Origin: Anolis carolinensis | Taxonomy: Eukaryota | Assembly (NCBI RefSeq): GCF_035594765.1 | Contig: NC_085841.1 | Location: forward strand, 36,873,636-36,937,635 | Direction: 5' to 3' | Length of the DNA: 64,000 nucleotides | Shown here: piece by piece, positions 52,164 through 62,848 of the stretch | Position numbering within the stretch: position 1 is the stretch's first letter | How the letters are laid out: every line of letters begins with the position of its first letter | Position numbers and translations under genes: made by a program | Notes under the pieces: model-generated | Told to the model about the DNA's origin: nothing | What the model saw: only the letters and a program-made list of their open reading frames with translations | The model's database searches: none

Positions 52164-52839
52164 GTAAGTTTCTTGACACCTTTATTCTTCTTTAAGTGGT
52201 TTCTATGAAACAGGGGGGGGGGGGGGGAATCAAAGGACAGCATCCAATAGTGCACTTGTGGAAGCTGCTCCCATTAGCATTGTGCAGTGGCCTCATGTCC
52301 TTAGAATGTGTCTTCTGGGTTGGGAAACCCCCTGGAAAATATATTTAGAATATAAGAATTTTTCCTGAGAATTGTGAAGCACTTAATAGCCATTTTCACT
52401 GGCTTAACCCCAACATTAGCAAAAAACCCCCAAAAAAACCCCCCAAAAAACAAAAACCCATAAACAAACACACAAACAAAATCCCAACCAAAACCAATTA
52501 TTTCTGAGGCCCACAGCATCTCTACCTTTTTGTGTTACAAAAACTGCCCCCTTACACATTTTTCATTTCCCTTCCACCCCATGTTGCCATTTTTGGAAAA
52601 GCTTTTTTGTAACAGAATGTCAAATTGAAGTTATTTCCTAGCTGATTTCATTTGCAAACCAAGATTTTTCTGGACTTGAAATGCCCGGAGGCCCAAGCTT
52701 ATGCCAAAGTTGTTTCAGTGCATACTAAAAGGTAAAAGAAATCCAAAAAGATCTAAACAATTTCTAGTTAAAGTGGTGGTCCTAGGATCAGTGGTGGTCA
52801 CTGGCAAGTGCTACCGGTAGTGGATTCAGAGGAGATAAT

Positions 52840-53062
52840 GGGTGCAGCTACACTGTGGAATTACTGAAGTTGGACACCACTTTAACTATCATGGCTCAAT
52901 GCTATGGAATCATGGAAGTTGTAATTTTTCAAGGACTTCAAACCTTCTCTGCCCAAGAATGCTGGTGCCTCACCAAACTACTAATCCTAAAACGCCATAT
53001 CAGTGAGTCATGGCAGTTAAAATGTTGCCGGACTGCAATCATTCTACACAGTAGATGCACTC
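52840..53062. mobile_element. MITE with GGGTGCATCTACAC / GTGTAGATGCAC termini (Harbinger-like); copies at about 12122, 15977, 24440, 27055, 42277 and 57960
   Basis: Recurrent palindromic element with ACCACTTTAACTGCCATGGCTCAATGCTATGG arms. Confidence 0.7.
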
Positions 53063-53547
53063 TTACTTCCCCAAAATTATTAATATTGTCAGATAACATG
53101 TTACATGTTAAAACATAAAACATGGCTTTTTAAATGGGCCTTTGACCCCAAGTAGGCTGAAATAGGTCCATATGAGGTTTGACTATGTACTCTGGCACTT
53201 TAGTTTATTAATTGATGGCAGCCAGTTTTATCTGCAAGTGTTTTGTGTTTTTAAAATTGATCAATTTTATTTTATGCAATGTTATGTCTGTTGGTAGTAG
53301 TTGTTGCTAAAATTGTATGTGTTATCGTTTTTATACTTATATAATGTTTTATGTTATATGCTGCACTCTGGAGTGCTTTTGTAAGCCACCCTAAGTCCTT
53401 TCCAGGAGATGGTGGCAAGATATTGTTGTTGTTGTTGTTGTTGTTACTACTACTACTACCACTACTACTACATTATTTAAGTGCACAAAACATTTCAAAA
53501 ATAAAAGCAACTTGTCAAAATAATTTGTGAAACTTTGTTTTTAACAG

Positions 53548-53690
53548 AAGATCAGCTTGAAGTGAAGGAAAACATAATGGAGGAGGTTAACAGTCCACCT
53601 GAAAGAGATTCTGGTGCTCCATATATTCATGGCTCCTTAGTTGATGCAGTGCAGTTAGCAAAGGAAAATATACAACCGCTCACAGATATT
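53548..53690 (+). CDS. MIA3: MIA3 exon 6
   Basis: Acceptor ttttaacag, then EDQLEVKENIMEE...NIQPLTDI, donor gtaagt; 143 nt, phase 1 to 0. Confidence 0.88.
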
Positions 53691-55544
53691 GTAAGTATTT
53701 TATCTACTTTTGCATATAATGTTCTATATGTATATTAATTTCTAGCCATGCTTAATTTAAAAATCAAAAAATAATTGATTTTAAAATTGAGGTACTTTGA
53801 ACTGTTTTAATTCTGTGTAGAAATCCCAACATGATTTTGGGGGGATTCACTCCCATGTTCGCATACCTAGAATTGCTCCCTTGAATGGCATGCCAAGCAT
53901 ATTTGTAATGGAATCCAAACTATCAGTAGCAAGTTCAGCTGAATTTAGTGGTACCTACTGCTATGCATGAAAGTCTTGAAGATTTCACCTTTTTGTTCAG
54001 ATAATTTTTACCCAGACCTTTTAAAGTTCTAGGGGAACAAAGTAATGCATGATGACACAGTTGTGAACTTCAAAGCAGATCATGAAATGGTTATCCACAT
54101 ACATTAACTGCAGTCTTAAGTCAGATTTTGGTAGGCTCTTTAAGTAATATACATAGCTTACATTTAACAAGGCTGAATTGGCCTTAACAGATGTGTGCAG
54201 TTTGAATGCTGGCAACCCACCCCGCAACTATAGGCTTAGTAATCTCATCTTGCTGTATCTCCACCTTCTCTGCCGCTAAAGAGGAAGAAAAGCTTGTTAT
54301 AGCTTGTGTTTAAAAGAGAATAGGTAGGAGAGGGGGGCTGTGGTTTTCTATGCATCTTCACTTACAAATGCCATCGGCACCCCCAAGGAGATCAGTGTTA
54401 TGGGATTGTGGGATTTGCAGTGTAAAATTTATTAGGAAGGCCAACTCTTCCACAACTCCAATGCAGGATGCATTATTGTCTTTAAAAACTATACAGGCAG
54501 ATGCCAAGTTACAAACAAGATAGGTTCTATCAGTTTGTTCTTAAGTTGCATTTGTATTTAAATCATAACAGGTACATTTTTAAAGTGTAACTCCAACCAA
54601 ACACATATGTGTGTGTGTTTTGTATAGCAGAGGGAAGGGTTAACACCCCTGTGAAGTTTGTTTTGCGGTCTGTGTCTCTGTTCAGAAGATTTCAACTAAC
54701 TTTAGAAAAAAAATAGTTTGTTGTAGAAATAATGATTGATGGTAAAACTTCAGTAGAGACACCTTTCCCCCATGATAATTCTTTCAGGAGTGAATTTCCC
54801 TTCCTAGGGGTAGATTTCTCTAACTTCTTGTTGTCTCACAATGTTCATAACTATGAGTTCTTTGTAAGTTGGATGCTCGTAATTCAGGGACTTAATTGCT
54901 CCCTATTGTCTGTGAGACACCAATATCTCTATTTTTATGTATTCAAACATTTAAAAGCATTGGCACAAGTGTGGAGAAACACATTACAATTGTGGGGTTC
55001 ACAAGGCTAGTATTGAGAAACCGCTTAGTCCCAATGGTATGGGATTGTGGGATCTGTACCCCAAAACAGTTTGGAAGGCCAACACTTCTCTTCACCTTTT
55101 TTGTATAATCTATTACTCCATACAAGTCTTAAAAATCACACTCCCTGAGATTACTATCTATGAGATATCTGTACCTGTATTCTTATATATTAAAAATACC
55201 TTGGTCCAGGAGGATACTGTATGGCCCCCATATCCACAGGGCTGGTATCTGTGGTTTCATTTATCCACATCTGACATAATATATCCTCCTTAGGCTTAGT
55301 GTGACTCTTTAGTATTCTTGGGACGGAAAGTAGATTTCAATGGGATTCACTATATGTAGAGTCATAATGTACACCAGGCATGGGCAAACTTGGGCCCTAC
55401 CGGCTATTGGGAATTGTGGGAGTTGAAGTCCAAAACACCTGGACGGCTCAAGTTTGCCCATGCCTGGTGTACACTGTAGAGTTAATGCTGTCTGACACCA
55501 CTTTAACTGCCACGGCTTGAATCTCTGAGGTCATGAGAGCTGTA

Positions 55545-56556
55545 TTGCTGTGAGTTTAACGGGCTGTATGGCCATGTTCCAGAAGCCTTCTCTCCTTACG
55601 TTTCACCCACATCTGTGGCAGGCATCCTCAGTTTGTGAGGTTTGCTGGAAACTAGGCAAGAGGGGTTTATATATCTGTAGAAGGTCGAAGGTGGAGTGTG
55701 AATGTGGTGACTGGTCACCTTGATTAGCATTGAATGAACTTGCAGCTTCAAAGCCTGACTTTTTCCTGCCTGAAGGAATCTTTTGTTGGGAGGTGTTAGC
55801 TAGCCCTGATTGTTTTATGCCTGAAATTCCTTTGTTTTTTGAGTGTTGTTCTTTATTTACTGTCCCGATTTAAGAGTTTTTTTTAAAATACTTGTAGCCA
55901 GCTTTTGTTCATTTTCATGGTTTCCTCCTTTCTGTTGAATTTATCCACATGCTTGTGGATTTTAATGGCTTCTCTGTGTAGTCTGACATGGTGGTTGTTA
56001 AGAGTGGTCCAGCATTTCTATGTTCTCAAATAATATGTGGTGCCCAGGTTGGTTCATCAAGTGCTCTGCTATGTCTGGACCACTCCAACCGGAGTTGCTT
56101 CTGGAGTGAGAGAATTGGCCGTCTGCAAGGACGTTACCCAGGGGAAGCCCGGATGTTTTTTTTGATGTTTTACCATCCTTGTGGGAGGCTTCTCTCATGT
56201 CCCCGCATGGAGCTGGAGCTGATAGAGGGAGCTCATCCGCGCTCTCCCCGGGTGGGATTCGAACCTGGCAGCCTTCAGGTCAGCAACCTTCAAGCCTTCA
56301 AGTCACAAGGCCTTATCCCCTAGGCCATCGGAGGCTCCAGCTTTGAAGCTGCAAGGCTGTTCAGTGCTAAACAAGCTGGCCAATTGCAACATTCACACTT
56401 GCCTCCAACAGACAAGAGTTCTTTCTCCCATTCCACAGATATATAAACCTCACTTGCCTAGTTTCCAATATACCTCACAACCTCTGAGGATGTCTGCCAT
56501 AGATGTGAGCGAAACGTCTGGAACATGGCCACGCAGCCCGGAAAACTCACAGCAAT
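55545..56556. mobile_element. Penelope-like element (ORF 3' end plus inverted terminal segment) with a SINE at about 56080-56338
   Basis: Minus-strand peptide IAEHLMNQPGHHILFENIEMLDHS resembles the region following the GIY-YIG domain; inverted termini. Confidence 0.8.
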
Positions 56557-56629
56557 CCAAGGCCTTGTAAAAGTAAAACTCCTATCCGTCCATAGCATTG
56601 AGCCAGGGCAAAGCCAAACTGCAGCCTCA

Positions 56630-56892
56630 GAAGCGCTGCGAGGGAATTACTCTTCCCCTTCCGGTCGGAAGCCGGCGCCGGGCTTTCCACTTCCGGTTTC
56701 CTCTCTAACCGCCTCTTCAAGATTATCGGCCCGGGTGGATGACGTCAACAGGGTCAGAGGAGGGAGGGGGGTCAGTGTGAGTTGACGTGTCCCTGAGGGA
56801 ATCTCGAGGCAGGCGGGGGAAGGGCAGGAGCGAGAACAGCAGCAGCTGCGGCTCCGAAAGAGGCAAAGGGCAGAGCTCTCCCCTTCCCCCTC
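56630..56892 (+). promoter_or_regulatory. Internal MIA3 CpG promoter for the short isoform TANGO1S
   Basis: CpG-rich patch inside an AT-rich intron. ETS sites CTTCCGG 56658, CGGAAG 56666, ACTTCCGG 56689; CRE TGACGTCA 56740-56747; TGACGTGTC 56783-56791. Confidence 0.85.
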
Positions 56893-56994
56893 ATGGAGCC
56901 CGCCACGCCTTCCAGCGGCCCCGGAGGCGCTCCCCCTTTGCTCCTGCGGCCGCTCTCCAAGGGCTACGCTTCCCTCACGGGCCGCTTCCTGCAG
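56893..56994 (+). CDS. MIA3: MIA3 alternative first exon (TANGO1S N-terminus, 34 aa)
   Basis: ATGG start; encodes MEPATPSSGPGGAPPLLLRPLSKGYASLTGRFLQ; donor CAG|gtgagg in phase 0, matching exon 7. Resembles the recalled human TANGO1S N-terminus. Confidence 0.88.
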
Positions 56995-57494
56995 GTGAGG
57001 GAGGGGAGCGGGTGGGAGGGGAGCGGGGAGGTGGGCTTGGCCTTGTCCCCTCAGGAAGCCAGGCCCTGCTTCCCACCTGTACACACACACAGGTAATAGA
57101 TAGCCCCCTTTAGTTCTCCTCAGTGACATTCAACTCATGCTGTGGAATTGAGAGTTGTAGTTTGGCGAGGCAGAGAAGGCCAAACACCAAAAACCTTGGG
57201 CCCTCCCTCCAAGTGTTTTGGACTTCAACTCCCACCATTCCTAACAGCCAGTAAAAGAACCCGTTTTATGCCACGTTGGCATAAATATACCAGTTTTTCA
57301 TCAAAGTTGCTATTAGGGGTTAAAAAAGGTGCCGGGGCAGGGAGGATAATACCCTTTTTAAAAATGGAGAAACACCTCAAGGATCACCAGAAGGCATTAT
57401 TCTTAAATGTTGACTAAATGTTTTCACAGTGTTGGCAAAAGTTTGGAGGGCACGTATGGCTTGTAGGCTGGACAATCTTTCTTTCATGCTATGG

Positions 57495-57629
57495 CAGTGG
57501 TTCTCAACCTGTAGGTCTCCAGATATTTTGGCTTTCAACTCTCAGAAATCCTAACAGCTGGTAAACTGGCTGGGATTTCTGGGGGTTGTAGGCTAAAACA
57601 CCCGGGGGCGCACAGGTTTAGAACCACTG
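57495..57629. mobile_element. Palindromic hAT MITE (CAGTGGTTCTCAACCT family); partial copy at about 13525-13640
   Basis: TIRs CAGTGGTTCT / AGAACCACTG; degenerate 8-bp TSD. Confidence 0.78.
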
Positions 57630-60600
57630 TGCTACGCAATTCTGAATCTAAGCCAAGGCAGTTAAAGTGCTGTCAAACTGCATTAATTCTACAGTGTTCC
57701 ATTCACCCTTGGTGTCTCTCTCTCTAAAAACATATCGGGCATGGGCAAACTTTGGCTGGCAATTCCAAAAGTCCAAAACACCCAGACGACCAAAATTTGA
57801 CCAAATTGTGAATTTTAATCTGTATTTTATCAGTGGGCTTTAACTCTGTACCTTGTTTCATGTCTTTCAATAGTGTTCTATCTCCTCATTTTAATGATGT
57901 TGTATCCCACCTTTCGTTGTTTTAAATCGTTTCCCAAATCCATATGCATTCTAACTTAAATGTAGAATTAATGAAGTTTGACTCCACTTTAATTGCCATG
58001 GCTCAAGGCTTTCAAATCTTGAGAGTTGTAGTTTTACAAGATCTTTATCCGACTCTGCCAAAACAATGCTGTTGCCTCACCCAAAACTACAACTCCCAGT
58101 ATTCCATAACATTGAGCCATAGCAGTTAAAGCGGAGTCAAACTGCATTAATTCTATGGTGTAGATGCTGTGTCAGTTAGAAAATGAAATGGTGGCAGGAG
58201 ACATCGGATTTTACCTCAGCGTGTTATTAGAGATTTCTTGGCCCCCTCCGCATTATTCCACAACATGCCATGGCTGTATATGTCGCTCCATTCACCTAAG
58301 GAAGATTTAGCAGACATTCAATACGATCTGCTGTTGCTGGTGAAGCAAGGGTGTTTCTCTGCTTTAAGAAACAAATGACCAAACCAATAAAAATATGTTG
58401 CCTGAAGTGCAGACATTCACAGCCACGACAAAGCTAGGTCTGATTTGGTGGATCTTGTTTGTCTTCTGTTCATGAACGTGGCAGATGCATATGAGGTCAG
58501 GTGGTTTTTAAGTGGTTGTTGTTTCAAATATTTTAATGAGTTTCTTATGAATAGGAATTCATGTCCATGTGCTTTCATGTCACCTGTAAGTTTATGGCTA
58601 TCTTAAGGACTTCATAAGGTTTTCTTAAGCTGGAGATAGAGGTGATTTTGCCAGTCCCCTTTTCTAAAATATAACCTGGTATTTTTTGGTGGTCTCCTAA
58701 TCAAGCACTAACTGCAGCTGTAGCTACTTAGCTTCATAAGATCAGACTGGATCAGATACTTTTAGAATATATAGTATATTAAAAGAACAGATTCTTGTAT
58801 CAAGCAACGTGATTTTTCTGGGGCCACAATTCACTTTTTTCCTCAAAAAGTTTCCTCTAGAAGCAAGAAACCATATGATAATTGTAACAATATGGTATTA
58901 CTGCCTGGCAATGCAAAAGTTATGTAGATATAGAGTTTTTCTTTTTGCATTGATAACACATTGTCGATCTGTCATGTTTAGGTAATTGTATTGTTGACTA
59001 TTTGCAGTTAATGTACTGTAATTGCTGGGAGTGAAACAAGCTTGTGTAATCTATGTGTTTTGTAGAGTAGCCAGCTGTCAGGAATTCAACTACTTTCATA
59101 ATAGTGCATGATTTAATTTTTTTAACGATAAAATGTTGAATATGAATATCAGATTGTTTTCTATATGTTTTTGAGCATAGGTAGACAGCATTAATTTTCA
59201 TTCAAAGTTTAGAGATCTATTTTGTGTTTTGTCATTCTTATGTTCAAAGTAGTTAAAATAATTTATATGGAGGATGAATTTTTTTGGTGCCTATTATTTT
59301 TAACTTATTTTTATGAAGGAAATATTTCTTGTTGGAGGACAGGAGTGAAAGTAGCCTTTTCTCATGTGAAGTATATTGTAACTTTAATAGCCATTTGTTA
59401 GAGGACTTTCTTCTTTTTCATGAATTTTATTGTTCTCAAGTATTTAAAGTCATCAGCTAAGTGATAGTGGTTTTAGCAACAACATTATTTTCAGTTTTAA
59501 ATTTTTTTAGTCCTAGTTACGACCTTTTATGAGAAAACATGGCTCACTGGAAAAGACTGGTAAGCTTGGCAAGGTAGAGGGCCGTAGGAAAAGATGAAGA
59601 CTGTGTTACAGATTAATAATCAAGGAAGTCACAACTGCCCTGAGTATGCAAGATCCAAGCAGGGCTGTGGATAATAGGGTGACCTTTCATAGGATTGCCA
59701 TAAGTTGAAGTTGACTTCATTTAACAACAGTGACCGTTAAAGCCATATGCAGCTAACGTCCTACATCCTTCGGGAAAAACTTTCTCTTAGTCCCAACACT
59801 ATCACAAGCGTGTTTAATGAGGATGGGAAAGAGAGCCATTTCAGTGGTTCCTACCAGGCTTTTGAATCCCTCTCAAAGGAGGCTCAATTGATCTCTCTGT
59901 CCTTTCCTTTTGCCAGCAGACAAAGACCTTTTTATTCAAGCAGGCCTTTGGCTTATAGTTCATATGGCTATAAAAGAGCTTTTAATGGGGCAGTGATTTC
60001 ATTTTTATATTTTCTACTATGTTTTAATTGTATATTCTATTATTTTAATCTTATGCTTTTTAACTGAGTTGTCATTTAATTGGGGTTTTAAAAACTTTTA
60101 TATGAATACTTTTTAAAACTGATGTCCTTTTGATGTTTGTAAGCCACCTTGGAGCTTGCATAAGGAGTAAGGTGCGGTATTAATTAAACAAACAAACAAA
60201 ACAATAACAATAATTCATTTTTAAGTTTTAGCTGAGGAATTTTTTAAAATAACCTTAAAATTTATAAATTAACAAGGAAAGCCAGTAAATTTTAACTTTC
60301 TGTATTTTATCTTGTAGTTATAATTTTAAAAAGAAAACTATGTATGTGTAGATAGAAATGGTGGGAAAAAACAATTTTCCTAAGAAAATTCAGATCAGAT
60401 GAAAATAGCTTGAAATCGCTGGTTCTTCTTAAGTTAGCTTTTATTTCAGAATGAGTAATCTCTTGTTGATTCTGCTGAAATCTGTGTCAATATTCTTTTT
60501 TTACAAGTATTTTATAGCTTCTGCATTTGTGGAGCAAGGCTACCAATCACAGAGAGCACCGTTGAGAATAGACCTTGCTGAACTCTCAAAGAATGAACTT

Positions 60601-60644
60601 TCAGAGAAATTGTCCATATTTTAAAAATGTGTTCTTTGTTGTAG

Positions 60645-60776
60645 CTGATGTCAACTTTACCTGAAGACATGCAACCTGGTCCTGACTTTCATGGACTTCC
60701 TTGGGAGCCCATTATTATCACTGCCCTTGTGGGAATGGCTACACTTGCTATTTTCTTCTGGAGAACTTGCCTATCC
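60645..60776 (+). CDS. MIA3: MIA3 exon 7 (membrane-anchoring region, shared by long and short isoforms)
   Basis: 132 nt. Encodes [44 protein letters not shown], the TANGO1/cTAGE5 signature. Confidence 0.96.
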
Positions 60777-60854
60777 GTAAGTATACTTTCTATTCTGATA
60801 TATTTTTCTTGTTAGTCTTACATTGATAATTACATCTTTATAGATCAGTTGGTG

Positions 60855-61598
60855 TCATATATATAAAAGGATAAAGTTGTTTGCACAGTGACTATAACAA
60901 CAAAACTAAACGTCCCAGAAATACAACACTTGGCAACACAATGCAAAAGCCTTGCCTCCCGGTTATAACAACACAACCACACCACAAAACCACAATCCGG
61001 ACCCACAAAACTCACAACAACGCATAATGACTATAACAACACAACTAAACGCCCCAGAAATACAATCACACCACAAAACCACAATCCGGACCCACAAGAC
61101 TCACAACAACGCATCGTGACTATAACAACACAACTAAACGCCCCAGAAATACGAAACTTGGCACACAACTAAATGCCCCAGAAATACAAAACTTGATAAC
61201 ACAACGCAAAAGCCTTGCCTCCCGGTTGTAACAACACAACCACACCACAAAACCACAATCCGGACCTTCCTTCCGGACCTTCCAACCTTCATGACCACTA
61301 CAGCAACAATAATAATAAACACCTACACAGGCAAAACAAAAAAAAGATTATTGTACCACAATAAAAATATAAACCGCACTCAGCAGAGTCAGACATCACG
61401 ATTAACAACAAATCAAAGACAACAGGGATCTCAAGCAATTATCAATCAGCACAAAAATTGAAGAAGGTAACAGACTTCAAATACTACTACTAATGTGAGT
61501 ATAAAGAAGGGTGGAGGTCACAGCATAAATACAACCTAATGTAGACTGACCAACACCACCAGAGTAAGCCACAGCAATGCGTGGCCGGGCACAGCTAA
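60855..61598 (+). mobile_element. Non-autonomous Helitron with internal tandem repeats
   Basis: 5' TC-ATATATATAAAA; 3' GC-rich hairpin GCCACAGCAATGCGTGGC then CTAA|T (CTRR); no TSD; repeated ACAACTAAACGCCCCAGAAATAC and CACCACAAAACCACAATCCGGACC units. Confidence 0.72.
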
Positions 61599-62038
61599 TA
61601 TCTTTATAGAATAAGTGACTAATCACATAGCTATGTTCATACAAATGTTTTAATTACGGGACTTCCTAAAAGGCAGCGAGGTAGAGTTTACGTCTGTCCC
61701 ATTTTTCTGAAAACTGCCATGTTGACACAGATTTTTTTGATTTGGGGCTGTAGTTCTTAGATCAGATATTCAGTGACAACACATTATAATTACAAATATG
61801 TATCTTCATTTAATACCTTGAGTAAGGTTTGAATACCTTCAGTTTTGCTGACAACAGTTTGCATTTCTGGAATAAAAAGAGAAATTGCAGTGAGGGTTAA
61901 AATCTGTGACATAATTATTTTTGTATTAAGACTTAAATTAGCCTTCCAAAATAATTTTCTTCAAATGTTTTAGAATGCAACCGCCATCATTTCCACCCAG
62001 TATGGGTAGCAATCAGGGATTGTAGGAATGGTCTAGCA

Positions 62039-62355
62039 CAGGGGTCCCCAAACTAAGGCCCGGGGACCACATGCGGCCCATTGAAGCCATTTATCCGGCC
62101 CCCGCAGCGGCGGCTGCCTCCTCTTCCACCGAGGAAGGTGCGTGCATCACAAGGGAGGAGGGAAAGGCACACGCCTTTCCCACCTCCTCCCTCGCCTGGT
62201 GTGCACCTTGCAAAGCTTTGCTTGTTTATAATGGTATTTTAATTATTATTTAGTTAATTATTAATTATTAAGGGGTGCTTTGCAGTATTTTTGGTGCACA
62301 AAGGCAGAAGGGGTTGGACTAAATGGCCCAAGGGGTCTCTTCCAACCCTCTTTAC

Positions 62356-62386
<31 letters not shown>

Positions 62387-62487
62387 GACAGAGGGACATA
62401 GTATAACACAGCAAACGAGATATATATGCTGGATTTTGTATCACAAAATCACAAGTCTAACACTTCCCAAGCATTTAGGACTGGGTG

Positions 62488-62542
<55 letters not shown>

Positions 62543-62848
62543 AACAACATTGAGGCTGGGAGACCATCTTTCAGGGGTACTTTGTTTGTGCTTTTGGTGC
62601 ACAAAGGCAGAAGGGGGTTGGACTAAATGGCCCAAGGGGTCTCTTCCAACCCTCTTTATTATTTTTATTATGATTATTATTAACATTGAGGCTGTATTTG
62701 TTCCCGTTTTTTTTTTTTTACTTCAAAATAAGATATGTGCATGGGAATTTGTTCATAGTTTTTTTTAAAAAAAAAATGATAGTCTGGCCCTCCAACGGTA
62801 TGAGGGACCATGAACTGTTCCCCTGTTTAAAAAGTTTGGAGACCCTTG
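62039..62848 (+). mobile_element. Non-autonomous hAT (Charlie-like) element
   Basis: Same TIRs as the 29017 copy; perfect 8-bp TSD GTCTAGCA. Confidence 0.9.

Noticed and set aside
56647-57129. 160-aa minus-strand ORF and other overlapping ORFs at the internal CpG island
   Set aside because: GC-rich DNA has few stop codons. There is no recognisable homology, and only the + strand 56893 frame has a matching splice phase.
60890-61265. Repeat/spacer-like pattern resembling a CRISPR array
   Set aside because: Vertebrate intron with no cas genes, and the apparent spacers are themselves repeated. It is a minisatellite inside a Helitron-like element.
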